A DNA stretch of 29,806 nucleotides from Candidatus Methylomirabilia bacterium (GCA_041497895.1 JBGQHJ010000050.1:1-29806); one strand, 5' to 3'; shown: positions 1 to 9,085, counted from the stretch's first letter. Made by a program: numbers and translations. The notes: generated from the sequence alone by a model not told the origin.

Positions 1-477
1 CGCGACCCGGATCAACCGCAGCGCGGGAAATCCCACCGCCGCCGTCATCCGCCGCACCTGCCGGTTCCGTCCCTCGGTGAGGCCGATCTCGACCCACGCG
101 GTCGGGATCGCCGCCCGCCACCGGATCGGCGGCTCGCGCGCCCAGAGCCCCGGCGGCTCGTCGATCAGCCGCGCCCGCGCCGGCCGCGTCGGCCCGTCCT
201 TCAGCACCAGCCCTGCGCGCAGCCGCGCGAGCGCGTCCTCGCCGGGCACGCGCTCCACCTGCACCCAGTAGACCTTCTCCACGTGATGGCGCGGGTCGGC
301 CAGGCGCGCCTGCAGCGCGCCGTCGTCGGTGAGCAACAGGAGCCCCTCGCTGTCGTGGTCCAGACGCCCGGCCGGGTAGACGTTCGGCACCTGGACGTAG
401 TCGGCGAGGGTCGGCCGCCCACCGGGGTCGGTGAACTGGCAGAGCACGCCGAACGGCTTGTTGAGGAGGATCAGCAC
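1..477 (-). CDS. rluE: 23S rRNA pseudouridine synthase, RluE/RsuA family (3' end runs off the window)
   Basis: Manual translation from GTG at 477: [17 protein letters not shown]...[20 protein letters not shown]...[24 protein letters not shown]. Contains the GRLD catalytic motif and has no S4 domain. Not in the ORF track because there is no stop in the window. Confidence 0.9.
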   Translation of the reverse strand, partial: MLILLNKPFGVLCQFTDPGGRPTLADYVQVPNVYPAGRLDHDSEGLLLLTDDGALQARLADPRHHVEKVYWVQVERVPGEDALARLRAGLVLKDGPTRPARARLIDEPPGLWAREPPIRWRAAIPTAWVEIGLTEGRNRQVRRMTAAVGFPALRLIRVA

Positions 478-490
478 CGCGAGAGCGGCG

Positions 491-1567
491 TCACTCGGGC
501 TCGAGCAGCGCCATCTGGCGCGGATCCAGCTCGAGCCAGACCTTCTCGTCGAGCTCGAAGACCTCGTGCGGGCGCGCGGTGACCCGCAGGGCCAGCGCGC
601 TGCCCGCGGGCCGCACCGTGTAGTCCCAGTGCTCGCCCAGGTAGGCACGCTGGGCCACCACGCCGGGGATGACGCAGGCTCCGTCGGAGGCGGGCGGAGG
701 CTGCCGGTGGAGGTGGATGGACTGCGGGCGCAGCGAGAAGCTCACCTGGCCCTGCATCGCGGCGGCCTCGGGGAAGCGGTCGCAGGCGATCGTGAAGTGG
801 TCGAAGACCACGTCCGCGCCGCGTACCAGCCCGCCCAGCAGGTTGGTGCGCCCGATGAAGCCGGCCACGAAGCGGGTGCGCGGCCGCGCGTAGAGCGCGC
901 GCGGGGCGTCGACCTGCTCGATGCGGCCCTGGTGCATGACCGCGATGCGATCGGAGGTCACCATCGCCTCCGCCTGGTCGTGGGTCACGTAGACGGTGGT
1001 GATGTGGAACTCGTCGTGCAGGCGCCTTATCTCGTAGCGCATCTCCTCGCGCAGGTTCGCGTCGAGGTTGCTGAGCGGCTCGTCCAGCAGCAGCACCGCG
1101 GGTTGCACCACGATCGCCCGGGCCAGGGCCACCCGCTGCTGCTGGCCACCCGACAGCTCTTGCGGATAGCGCCCGCCGAGGTGGCCCATCTGCACCACGT
1201 CGAGGATACGCTGCACCTTGAGGCGCATCTCGTCCTTCGGCATCCGCCGCACCTCGAGCCCGAAGGCCACGTTCTCGGCCACCGTCATGTTCGGCCAGAT
1301 CGCGTAGCTCTGGAAGATCATCGACATGTTGCGCTTCTCGGGCGGCAGGGTGGAGCCGGGCGCGGAGATGCGCCGGCCGTCCATCTCGATGGTGCCCTCG
1401 CTCGGCTCGAGGAAGCCCGCGATCATCCGGAGGGTGGTGGTCTTGCCGCAGCCGGAGGGACCGAGCAGCGAGACGAACTCGCCGGCCTGCAGGGTGAGCG
1501 TGAAGCGGTCCACCGCGGTCACGCCGCCGAAGCGCCGGCTCACCTCGGTGAGGACGAGGCGGCTCAC
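491..1567 (-). CDS. ABC transporter ATP-binding protein (FbpC/PotA-like, C-terminal TOBE-type domain)
   Basis: Walker [10 protein letters not shown], signature LSGGQQQR, Walker B LLLDEP and YVTHD. GTG start at 1567 overlaps the permease stop (GTGA). It is the 3' part of the 888-aa track ORF. Confidence 0.93.
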   Translation of the reverse strand: MSRLVLTEVSRRFGGVTAVDRFTLTLQAGEFVSLLGPSGCGKTTTLRMIAGFLEPSEGTIEMDGRRISAPGSTLPPEKRNMSMIFQSYAIWPNMTVAENVAFGLEVRRMPKDEMRLKVQRILDVVQMGHLGGRYPQELSGGQQQRVALARAIVVQPAVLLLDEPLSNLDANLREEMRYEIRRLHDEFHITTVYVTHDQAEAMVTSDRIAVMHQGRIEQVDAPRALYARPRTRFVAGFIGRTNLLGGLVRGADVVFDHFTIACDRFPEAAAMQGQVSFSLRPQSIHLHRQPPPASDGACVIPGVVAQRAYLGEHWDYTVRPAGSALALRVTARPHEVFELDEKVWLELDPRQMALLEPE

Positions 1568-3240
1568 GTCGCGGTCCTCCGCAGGAGGAAGTCGCGCCCG
1601 ACCATCCGGAAGCCCACCAGCACCAGCGCCACCGTGACCACCACCAGGATCAGGCCCATGGAGGAGAGCACCTCGAAGTTGCCCTCGTCGCTCTTGTCGA
1701 AGAGCAGCACCGACAGCACCTGCGTGCCGGTGGTGTAAAGGAAGATCGCGGAGGAGAGCTCGCGGGTGGCCGGGATGAACACCAGGATGAAGGCGCCGGC
1801 GAGCCCGCGCCGGAGGAGCGGGGCGACTATTCGACGTAGGGACAGGAGTCTGCCGGCGCCCAGGATGCGGGCCGCGTCCTCCAGCTCGGGATTGATGCTG
1901 CGGAGCGCCGCGTCGCTGTTGGTGTACGCGATGGGCAGGAAGCGGGTGGCGAAGGCCAGGATGAGGATCCACGCGGTGCCGTAGAGCACGAGGGGCCTGG
2001 TGGTGTAGGCTGCGTAGAAGCCGATCGCGAGCACGATACCCGGGATGACGAAGGGGGCCATCGCCACGTAGGCCAGGGCGCGGCCGAGCGGCACCAGGCG
2101 CCGGGCCACGATGTAGGCGATGGCGAGCGCAAGCACGAGCGCGATGACCGAGGCGGCGCCCGCGTACACGAACGTGTTCAGCGTGGCCGCGCGGGTCGCG
2201 GTCTGCTCGAAGAGCACGAAGCGGATGTTGTGCAGCGTGACGTTGTCCCAGGAGAAGCCGCGCCCCCACGCCCGCGCGAAGGCGGCCTGCAGGACCACGA
2301 TCATCGGCAGGAAGAACGAGAGCGAGGTCACGAGCAGGCAGTAGCCGAGTATCGCCCAGCGCCAGGGGCCCAGGCGCACCAGGCGACGCTCGCCGCCCTT
2401 GCCGGTCAGGGCCACGTAGCCCTTGCGGGCGATGATCCGGTACTGCAGCCAGAAGAGGAACACGGTGACCAGCAGCAGCGGCATCGAGTAGGCCGCCGCC
2501 ACCTGCACGCGCGGGGGGAACTCGAACATCTGCCAGAGCATGGTCGTCATGACCTGGAAGCGCGCGGGCAGCGCGATCAGGGCCGGCGCCCCGAAGAGCG
2601 CGATGGCCTCGAGGAACTCCACGATGAACGCGCCGAGGATGGCGGGCAGGGCCAGCGGCAGGGTGACCCGCAGGGTGGTGCGGAGCGCGCCCGCCCCCAG
2701 GGTGCTGGCCGCGTCCTCCATCTCGGAGGAGATCAGGTCGAGCGCGGAGCGGGTGAACACGAACATGTAGGGGAACGAGTAGCAGGCGATGACCAGCACG
2801 AGCCCGCTCTTGCTGTAGACGTTGAAGGGCCCCGCGTCCGCGGACGTGATCGCGGTGTAGATCCGGTTCAGCCAGCCCGCGTTGGGACCCGCCAGGAGGA
2901 TCCACGCCACCGCACCGAGGTAGTTCGGCATGATGAAGGTGCCGAGCACCGACGCCCACACCAGCCCCTTGCCCGGCATGTCGGTGCGCGACACCGCCCA
3001 CGCCATCGGCACCCCGAACACGGTACAGAGGGCGGCCACCGCGAGGCCGATGACCAGCGAGTTGATCAGCGCTTCCACGTGCCGCCAGCGCCCGTAGGCG
3101 GCCACGTAGTTCTCGAGGGTGAAGGCACCGGTCTCGGGGTGCTGGAAGCTCGCCCACAGCAGGCGGGCGAGCGGGTTGATCACGAGCACCAGCAGCAGCG
3201 CGATCAGCAGCAGCCAGACGACGAAGGACTTCTCCCGCAT
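1564..3240 (-). CDS. ABC transporter permease, fused two-domain FbpB/ThiP-like
   Basis: 558 aa, many hydrophobic segments, two EAA loops (EMEDAASTLGA; ELEDAARILGA). Confidence 0.93.
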   Translation of the reverse strand: MREKSFVVWLLLIALLLVLVINPLARLLWASFQHPETGAFTLENYVAAYGRWRHVEALINSLVIGLAVAALCTVFGVPMAWAVSRTDMPGKGLVWASVLGTFIMPNYLGAVAWILLAGPNAGWLNRIYTAITSADAGPFNVYSKSGLVLVIACYSFPYMFVFTRSALDLISSEMEDAASTLGAGALRTTLRVTLPLALPAILGAFIVEFLEAIALFGAPALIALPARFQVMTTMLWQMFEFPPRVQVAAAYSMPLLLVTVFLFWLQYRIIARKGYVALTGKGGERRLVRLGPWRWAILGYCLLVTSLSFFLPMIVVLQAAFARAWGRGFSWDNVTLHNIRFVLFEQTATRAATLNTFVYAGAASVIALVLALAIAYIVARRLVPLGRALAYVAMAPFVIPGIVLAIGFYAAYTTRPLVLYGTAWILILAFATRFLPIAYTNSDAALRSINPELEDAARILGAGRLLSLRRIVAPLLRRGLAGAFILVFIPATRELSSAIFLYTTGTQVLSVLLFDKSDEGNFEVLSSMGLILVVVTVALVLVGFRMVGRDFLLRRTAT

Positions 3241-3256
3241 CGGGCGAGGGCCGGCC

Positions 3257-4291
3257 TCAGATCCCGAAGGTCTCCCGGAAGAGCTCTTTGACCTCCGGGA
3301 TGCCCTTCTCGATCTCGGCCGCGGTGGGCCGGATCGTCTTGATCTCGGCGATCGACTTGCCGCCCGCCATGGGCTTCACGTGCTTGTTCACCGGGTCCTG
3401 GTACTGCTGGACCATCACCTCGTTGCCCTCGCGGCCCAGCAGGTACTCCATGAAGAGCCGGCCCGCGTTCGGGGCGGGCGCGTTCTTCAGGATGCCGGAG
3501 GCGGAGACCATGAGCACCGCGCCGTCCTCCGGGTAGACCACCGCGACCGGATTGCCCTTGGCCCGGCTCTCGAGCGTGGTGGCCGAGGGGCCCGCGGCCA
3601 CGATCGACTCCTTGGCGTTGAGCATGGTCACGGTGTCGTTGATCGAGCGGCCGATGCGCGGCTTGTTCTGCTCGAGCTTCTTGAAGTAGTCCCAGCCGTA
3701 GAGCCTCCTCATCTGCACCACCCAGGTGCCCACGTAGCCGCTGAAGCCCGGGTGCCCGATCGAGACCTTGTTCTTCCACTTGGGATCGGCGAGGTCGGTC
3801 CACTTCTTTGGCGCTTCCGCCGGGGACACCACGCTCGTGTTGTAGGTGATCAGCACCAGGCCCGCCGCGGTGGCGGTGAAGAGGCCGTCGGGATCGTTGA
3901 AGGAGCGGAAGGCGTCGACGAGCTCGGAGAGGTTCTTGGGCTTGTACGGCTGCAGCCACCCGTCCTGCTTCATCTTGGTGTAGTGGCCCTGGTCGGTGGA
4001 GCTGATCACCGAGCACTGGGCGATGCCCGCCTTCTGGTCCTGGGCCAGCCGCTGGTAGGCCACCTGCGCGGTGGTCCGGATGTAGTTGCACTTCACGCCC
4101 GGGTACTTCTTCTCGAAGCCCTGGCAGAGAGCGGCCGCGGTCTCCGAGTTGTAGTGCGCGGTGTACCAGGTGAACTCCTTCTCCTTCTTCGCCGCCTCGT
4201 AAAGCGCCGGCTCTCCGTCGAAGGCGAGCGCGACGCCGCCTCCGCCCAGGCCGAGGGCGAGGATGAGGATGATGACCGCGAGCCGGGCCAT
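3257..4291 (-). CDS. ABC transporter substrate-binding protein (Fe3+/polyamine/thiamine class)
   Basis: Signal peptide (...VALA-FD), AAKKE, ITYNT, PKKWTDLADPKWK, VYPEDG and APAPNAGRLFMEYLL motifs. Adjacent to the permease and ATPase. Confidence 0.9.
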   Translation of the reverse strand: MARLAVIILILALGLGGGGVALAFDGEPALYEAAKKEKEFTWYTAHYNSETAAALCQGFEKKYPGVKCNYIRTTAQVAYQRLAQDQKAGIAQCSVISSTDQGHYTKMKQDGWLQPYKPKNLSELVDAFRSFNDPDGLFTATAAGLVLITYNTSVVSPAEAPKKWTDLADPKWKNKVSIGHPGFSGYVGTWVVQMRRLYGWDYFKKLEQNKPRIGRSINDTVTMLNAKESIVAAGPSATTLESRAKGNPVAVVYPEDGAVLMVSASGILKNAPAPNAGRLFMEYLLGREGNEVMVQQYQDPVNKHVKPMAGGKSIAEIKTIRPTAAEIEKGIPEVKELFRETFGI

Positions 4292-4296
4292 GGCGG

Positions 4297-5121
4297 CTAC
4301 CTCCCGGTGAAGCGCGGCGCGCGCTTCTCGACGAAGTGGGCCACGCCTTCCTTGAAGTCCTCCGCGCCGAAGCTCCGCCGCATCTCCTCGTTGCCCACCG
4401 CGGTGGCCTCCGCCAGCGTCTGGAACTGGGCCTCCCAGAGCTGCCGCTTCATGACCCGGATCGAGCGCGGGGACACGAGCTCGGCCAGCTCGCGCGCGTA
4501 GGCGCGCACGCCGTCCATGAGGGAGGCGGCCGGGTGCACCTGCGAGACCAGGCCCATCGCGAGCGCGTCCTGGGCGGTGAACTTGCGGGCCGAGAGGAGC
4601 AGGTCGAGAGCGTGCTGGAGGCCGACCAGGCGCGGGAGCATCCAGCTCACCCCGTGCTCGGCGATGAGGCCGCGCCGCGAGAACGCGGTGGTGAAGACCG
4701 CGGTGTCGGCCGCGATGCGCAGGTCGCAGTAGAGCGAGACCACCAGCCCCAGGCCCGCGGTGGCTCCGTTCAGCGCCGCGATGATCGGCTTCGGCACCAT
4801 GGGGAAGTAGGCGTAGGGCCCGCGGAAGTCGGCCCGGATCGCGCCGTCGCCCTCCGCGGGCGGGCGCGCCTCCTCCACCCGTGCCGCGGAGCCCGCGTCG
4901 ACGATGCCGGAGAGCATCTGCATGTCGGCGCCGGCGCAGAAGCCGCGGCCGGCGCCGGTCAGCACGATCACGCGCACCGCCTCGTCGCGTGACGCCTCGT
5001 CCATCGCCTCACGAACCTCGCGCCCCATCACGCCGGTCCAGGCGTTGAGCTTGTCGGGACGATTGAGGGTGACGGTGGCGATGCGGTCCCGCACCTCGTA
5101 GAGGATCTGCTCGTAGCCCAT
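4297..5121 (-). CDS. Enoyl-CoA hydratase/isomerase (crotonase) family protein
   Basis: ATG at 5121 (MGYEQILYEV) after an AAGGAG RBS. Motifs TLNRPDKLNA, FCAGADM, KPIIAALNG and DFKEGVAHFVEKRAPRF. Confidence 0.92.
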   Translation of the reverse strand: MGYEQILYEVRDRIATVTLNRPDKLNAWTGVMGREVREAMDEASRDEAVRVIVLTGAGRGFCAGADMQMLSGIVDAGSAARVEEARPPAEGDGAIRADFRGPYAYFPMVPKPIIAALNGATAGLGLVVSLYCDLRIAADTAVFTTAFSRRGLIAEHGVSWMLPRLVGLQHALDLLLSARKFTAQDALAMGLVSQVHPAASLMDGVRAYARELAELVSPRSIRVMKRQLWEAQFQTLAEATAVGNEEMRRSFGAEDFKEGVAHFVEKRAPRFTGR

Positions 5122-5172
5122 TGTGGCCCGCTCCTTCGCGTGTGTCGTCGCCGTCGCGGCGGCCGAGGCCGC

Positions 5173-5178
5173 ATGATA
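5173..5178 (-). promoter_or_regulatory. Candidate -10 box (TATCAT) for the crotonase-ABC-rluE transcript
   Basis: TATCAT on the minus strand about 50 nt upstream of the ATG in a GC-rich context. The -35 match is weak. Confidence 0.4.
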
Positions 5179-5233
5179 GCGCGCCTCCCCGCCCGCCGCC
5201 ATCGCCCTGCTTGCCGCGCTGCGGTGGGCCACC

Positions 5234-5380
5234 GCGGCGGGGGGTTGGGGGGGCGCTCCCGGGAGCACGCTGAGTCGCGGCCCGCGTGGGCACTCGATGG
5301 GGCCACGAGAATGGGGCGCTGCGCTCCGCTCACCCGCAGAAGCCACGGCTCCCGGGAGCGCCCCCCTAACCCCCCGCCGC
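5234..5380. repeat. REP/MITE-like element A: 33-bp inverted repeat around an 81-bp core
   Basis: 5234-5266 and 5348-5380 are 32/33 reverse-complementary. Each arm contains the palindrome GCTCCCGGGAGC. Confidence 0.85.
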
Positions 5381-5512
5381 TCCCGCGAGGTACGGCACTA
5401 GGGCAACAGCCGAGCATCGCCAGAGCCTCGCTCTGACACTTGTGAAGCACCGCGCCCGCTCCATTGGGTGTGGTGCGGTGATGCATGTGGTGCGAGGCGT
5501 GTCCGCACGCGA

Positions 5513-5672
5513 GCGAGTGGGGGCCGGGGGGCGGGGCCCCTTCCCGCAACCGTGTCTTCTGCGCGTTTCCGGAGCGCAACCCTCCCCAATGTCGTGGCCC
5601 CTTTGTGTGCGGTTAGTGGGGGCCGTGTCCGGGTGGTGGGTCAGGGGGCCCCGCCCCCCGGCCCCCATTCGC
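5513..5672. repeat. REP/MITE-like element B: 28-bp inverted repeat around a 104-bp core homologous to the core of element A
   Basis: 5513-5540 and 5645-5672 are 27/28 reverse-complementary. Core 5550-5610 aligns with the reverse complement of 5290-5348. Confidence 0.85.
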
Positions 5673-5723
5673 GGTGTCAGAACCGGATGGCGTCCCAGGC
5701 GACGCGCGTCGCGGCGCGAGAGG

Positions 5724-6977
5724 CTAGCGGTGGCGAGACTCGCGGTCGATCGCGGCCCCGGCCACGAGGGAGACGATCGCGACGAGAGCGGAGAGGGCCG
5801 CGAAGACGGCCCACGCGACCGCGTAGGAGTTGGAGGCCTCCAGGAGCAGGCCGAAGACCGGCGGGCCCACCAGCAGGCCGAGCACGATCGCGGCGAACGC
5901 CACGCCGCTCAGCAGGCCCGCCTGGCGTGGCCCCCCGGCCTCCGCGCTGATCACGAAGAAGATGCCGACCCAGCCGTACGCGCCGACGCCGGTCGCGAAG
6001 GCGAGCACCGCCGCGGTGAGGGGAGAGGCGGCCGCCCACAGCGCGTAGACCGTGAAGATGACCGCGCCCACCGCGCCGGTGAGGGCGAGCCACATCGACC
6101 GCCGGCCGGTGAACCAGCGATCGCTGGCCGCGCCCAGCGCGAGGCGCGAGACCGCCCCGCCCGCCTGCGAGGCGGCCACCAGGAGGCCGGCGCCGATCTT
6201 GTCGAAGCCAAGGGCCTGGATGGTGAAGAGCGGCAGGTAACTCAGCACCGCGGCCTGCACCATTCCGAGCACGAAGCCGGTGGCGAAGAAGACGACGAGC
6301 GCGGGTCGCCGCGCCCACCACCAGGTCGAGCCGACGGTGCCGGCGGCCACCGTCGGGCCGGGCTCACGCGCGCCCGGGCGGAACGCGCCGAGCGGACGCC
6401 AGCCGAGCACGACCGGCAGGGCCACCACCACCGAGCAGGCGCCGACCGCGTAGCGCCAGCCGAGCGTGGCCGCGATCGCGGGCAGGGCGAGGGCCGAGAC
6501 CAGGCCGCCCAGGGTGAGGCCCATCTGCTTGACGCCCATCGCGATGCCGCGCTCGCGCACCGGGAAGACGTCCATGATCGCCTTGCCGAGCGTGGGGTTC
6601 ACCACGCTCCAGCCGGCGCCGGCGACGAAGAGGCAGGCGAGGAAGGCGAGGAAGCCGGGCGCCAGCGCGGCGGCCAGGAGCCCGGCCGCGCCGAGGGCGA
6701 GTCCGCCGAGGAAGGCGGGGCGCACCCCGAGCCGATCCGCGAGCCGGCCGCCGGGTAGCGAGAAGAGCAGGCCGGCGAGATAGATGGAGGGCACGATGAA
6801 GGCGACCTGGAAGCGGGTGAGGCCCAGGCCCTCGACGAGGCTCGGCGACAGCGGCGAGATCCCGAGCATGCCGAAGGCGCCCGCGCCGTATGATGTCGTC
6901 AGAATCGCCAGGAGCCGCCAGCGGATGTCGGCTCCCGCGGCCCCGTCCGCGACCCGATCAGAGACAGGAGCGTCCAT
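5724..6977 (-). CDS. MFS transporter
   Basis: 417 aa, about 12 hydrophobic segments, motif A GRLADRLGVR and a second copy GAASDRW. Start codon uncertain because it overlaps the divergent gene's ATG. Confidence 0.88.
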   Translation of the reverse strand: MDAPVSDRVADGAAGADIRWRLLAILTTSYGAGAFGMLGISPLSPSLVEGLGLTRFQVAFIVPSIYLAGLLFSLPGGRLADRLGVRPAFLGGLALGAAGLLAAALAPGFLAFLACLFVAGAGWSVVNPTLGKAIMDVFPVRERGIAMGVKQMGLTLGGLVSALALPAIAATLGWRYAVGACSVVVALPVVLGWRPLGAFRPGAREPGPTVAAGTVGSTWWWARRPALVVFFATGFVLGMVQAAVLSYLPLFTIQALGFDKIGAGLLVAASQAGGAVSRLALGAASDRWFTGRRSMWLALTGAVGAVIFTVYALWAAASPLTAAVLAFATGVGAYGWVGIFFVISAEAGGPRQAGLLSGVAFAAIVLGLLVGPPVFGLLLEASNSYAVAWAVFAALSALVAIVSLVAGAAIDRESRHR

Positions 6978-7326
6978 GAAGATCCATCATCTGTTCGTCG
7001 ATCAGAAGGGCGAGTCCCACTTCGAGGACATGGAGATTCCCTACGTCGGGTCGACCCGCGCCGGCCGGCTCTCCGCGCGCCTGCCCGCGACCGGGATCAT
7101 CTTCCGGGAGGTCCAGCCGGACTACGACCTCGACTGGCACCCGGCGCCGCGGCGGCAGTACATCATCAACCTGGACGCGGGCGTGCAGATCACCGCGAGC
7201 GACGGGGAGTCGCGCCGCATCGGTGCCGGCGAGGTCATTCTCGTGGAGGATACCTGGGGCAAAGGCCATCTGTCCAAGGCCCTGGACGGTAAGCTGCGCC
7301 ATTGCATTTTTGTTCCTATCGAATAA
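6976..7326 (+). CDS. Cupin-fold conserved protein
   Basis: AGGAG RBS then ATG at 6976: MKIHHLFVDQKGESHFED...WHPAPRRQY...SDGESRRIGAGEVILVEDTWGKGH, a pattern typical of a cupin-like family. Confidence 0.85.
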   Translation: MKIHHLFVDQKGESHFEDMEIPYVGSTRAGRLSARLPATGIIFREVQPDYDLDWHPAPRRQYIINLDAGVQITASDGESRRIGAGEVILVEDTWGKGHLSKALDGKLRHCIFVPIE

Positions 7327-7388
7327 GGGGGCCGAGAAGGGTCCAGATACGAGGCGTCAACGAAGCAGATGGGCCCTTATCGGCCCCC
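7327..7388. repeat. Imperfect 19-bp inverted repeat between convergent genes (short REP/MITE-like unit; possible bidirectional terminator)
   Basis: GGGGGCCGAGAAGGGTCCA (7327-7345) versus TGGGCCCTTATCGGCCCCC (7370-7388), 17/19 complementary, 24-nt spacer. Confidence 0.7.
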
Positions 7389-7393
7389 GGCCC

Positions 7394-8560
7394 CTACGTG
7401 CGGTTCGCCAGGACGAGGGTGCCGGCGGCGGAGAGCATGCCGCCCATGCCGTTGACGAGGGAGCAGGTGGCGCCGGGGACCTGGCGCGCGCCGCACTCGC
7501 CGCGGAGCTGGCGGGTGGCCTCGATGATCGGGAAGATGCCGTACATGCCGGAGTGGGTGTAGGAGAGCCCGCCCCCGTTGGTGTTGATGGGCAGGCTGCC
7601 GCCCGGGGTGGAGCGGCCCTCCGTGAAGAACTGCACGCCCTCGCCCGGCTTGGCGATGCCGAGCGACTCGAGCATGATCGGCGGGCCCGAGGTGAAGGCG
7701 TCGTAGAGCATCACGTGGTTGAAGTCCTTGGCGGAGACGCTCGCCATCGAGAACGCGCGCTCGCCGGCCAGGCGGGTCGCCGCGCTCACCGCGAGGTTGT
7801 CCATCTGGGTGACCATCACGTGCTCGGTGGCCTCGCCGAAGCCGCGCACGTAGACCGGCGCCTTGGCGCAGTCTTTCGCCCGGTCCGCGCGGGTGAGGAC
7901 GACCGCGCCGCCCGCGTCGGTGACGAGGCAGATGTTGAGCAGGTTGAACGGGTAGGACACCGGGCGCGAGGCGAGCACGTCGGCCACCGTGATCGGATCG
8001 CGGAAGCGGGCCTTGGGGTTGAGCGCGGCCCACTTCCGGGTCGAGACCGCCACCTGCGCCCACTGCTCGAGCGTGGTGCCGTGCTCGTGCATGTGCCGCG
8101 TGGTGATCATCCCGAAGTAGGATGTGGCGCCGCCGAAGCCGTAGGGGAACTCGAACTGCCCGCTCAGCGCGGTGTCGCGACTGCGGGTGACGCCGGTCCC
8201 GGACCGGCCGCTCTCGCCGTGCGAGACCACCGCCACGTCGCAGAGGCCGTGGTGCAGCGCGGCCACCGCGTGCCCCACCATGATGATGAACGAGCAGCCG
8301 CCCACCGTGGTGCCGTCCACGTAGCGCGGCCTGACCCCGAGCGCCTCGCCCAGGGTGGCGGGCGAGTGCTGGCCGGCGGTGAAGATGCCGTCGATGTCCT
8401 TCACCTTGAGGCCCGCGTCGCGGACCGCGTTCGAGATCGCTTCCAGGTGCAGCGAGAGCTGGCTCACGTTCGGCAGGGTGCCGATCTGATCGCTCTCGTC
8501 CACGCCCACGATGCAGGCGACGTTGCGCAGCTCCCGCTGCCGCTCGGAGACGGTGGCCAT
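7394..8560 (-). CDS. SCP2/Ltp2-type thiolase-superfamily protein
   Basis: MATVSERQRELRNVACIVGV...NICLVTDAGGAVV...LYDAFT...INTNGGGLSYTHSGMYG...QLRGECGARQV. An alternative GTG start lies at 8569. Confidence 0.9.
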   Translation of the reverse strand: MATVSERQRELRNVACIVGVDESDQIGTLPNVSQLSLHLEAISNAVRDAGLKVKDIDGIFTAGQHSPATLGEALGVRPRYVDGTTVGGCSFIIMVGHAVAALHHGLCDVAVVSHGESGRSGTGVTRSRDTALSGQFEFPYGFGGATSYFGMITTRHMHEHGTTLEQWAQVAVSTRKWAALNPKARFRDPITVADVLASRPVSYPFNLLNICLVTDAGGAVVLTRADRAKDCAKAPVYVRGFGEATEHVMVTQMDNLAVSAATRLAGERAFSMASVSAKDFNHVMLYDAFTSGPPIMLESLGIAKPGEGVQFFTEGRSTPGGSLPINTNGGGLSYTHSGMYGIFPIIEATRQLRGECGARQVPGATCSLVNGMGGMLSAAGTLVLANRT

Positions 8561-8565
8561 GGCGC

Positions 8566-8982
8566 TCACCGCCTCGGCTGGAACAGCGGCAGGGTCACGT
8601 CGTCGCTCACCTTGGTGAACACGACCTCCACCGGCATGTCGCACTTGACCGCCTTCGGGGAGGGCTCCACGTTGATGAGGTTCGACATCATGCGCGGGCC
8701 CTCTTCGAGCTGCACCATCGCGAGCACGTACGGGGGCTTGATCTTCCACGCCTTCTGGAAGGCCTGGTGCGCGATCTCGAAGGAGTGGAGCGTGCCGCGC
8801 CCGCTCGCCTGCATCCAGCCTATCTTGCGCGAATGACAGCGAGGACAGAGGATCCGCGGGTAGAAGAAGACGTGCCCGCACTCCTCGCAGCGGGGCAGCA
8901 TCAGCTTTAGGGCTCGGCAGCCGTCCCAGAACGGCTTGGCTTCCGGGGTGATCGGGCTGGGCAACGGGCGATCGACGTCCAT
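8566..8982 (-). CDS. DUF35 Zn-ribbon/OB-fold protein (acyl-CoA-binding partner of the thiolase-like protein)
   Basis: GAGGAG RBS, ATG at 8982. PFWDG, CEECG...CPRC zinc ribbon, PYVLAMVQLEEGPRMMSN and LPLFQP. Confidence 0.92.
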   Translation of the reverse strand: MDVDRPLPSPITPEAKPFWDGCRALKLMLPRCEECGHVFFYPRILCPRCHSRKIGWMQASGRGTLHSFEIAHQAFQKAWKIKPPYVLAMVQLEEGPRMMSNLINVEPSPKAVKCDMPVEVVFTKVSDDVTLPLFQPRR

Positions 8983-9024
8983 GACTCTCCTCTCTCGTGA
9001 CGGCCTGACGACGAGACCGGAGAG

Positions 9025-9053
9025 ACTGTACGCGGCGACGGCGGGGGTGTCAA
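9025..9053 (-). promoter_or_regulatory. Sigma70 promoter for the DUF35-thiolase operon
   Basis: Minus strand reads TTGACA-N17-TACAGT, about 40 nt upstream of the ATG at 8982. Confidence 0.8.
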
Positions 9054-9085
9054 CGAAGGGGGCGGCGGCGCGGGACCACGCTGGC

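Noticed and set aside
491..3157. 888-aa ORF as a large ABC ATPase fusion
   Set aside because: The N-terminal part is an alternative frame over the permease. The real ATPase starts at GTG 1567.
5122..5723. Protein-coding ORFs or a CRISPR array in the intergenic region
   Set aside because: The ORFs are translations of GC-rich inverted repeats. There are no regularly spaced direct repeats and no cas genes.
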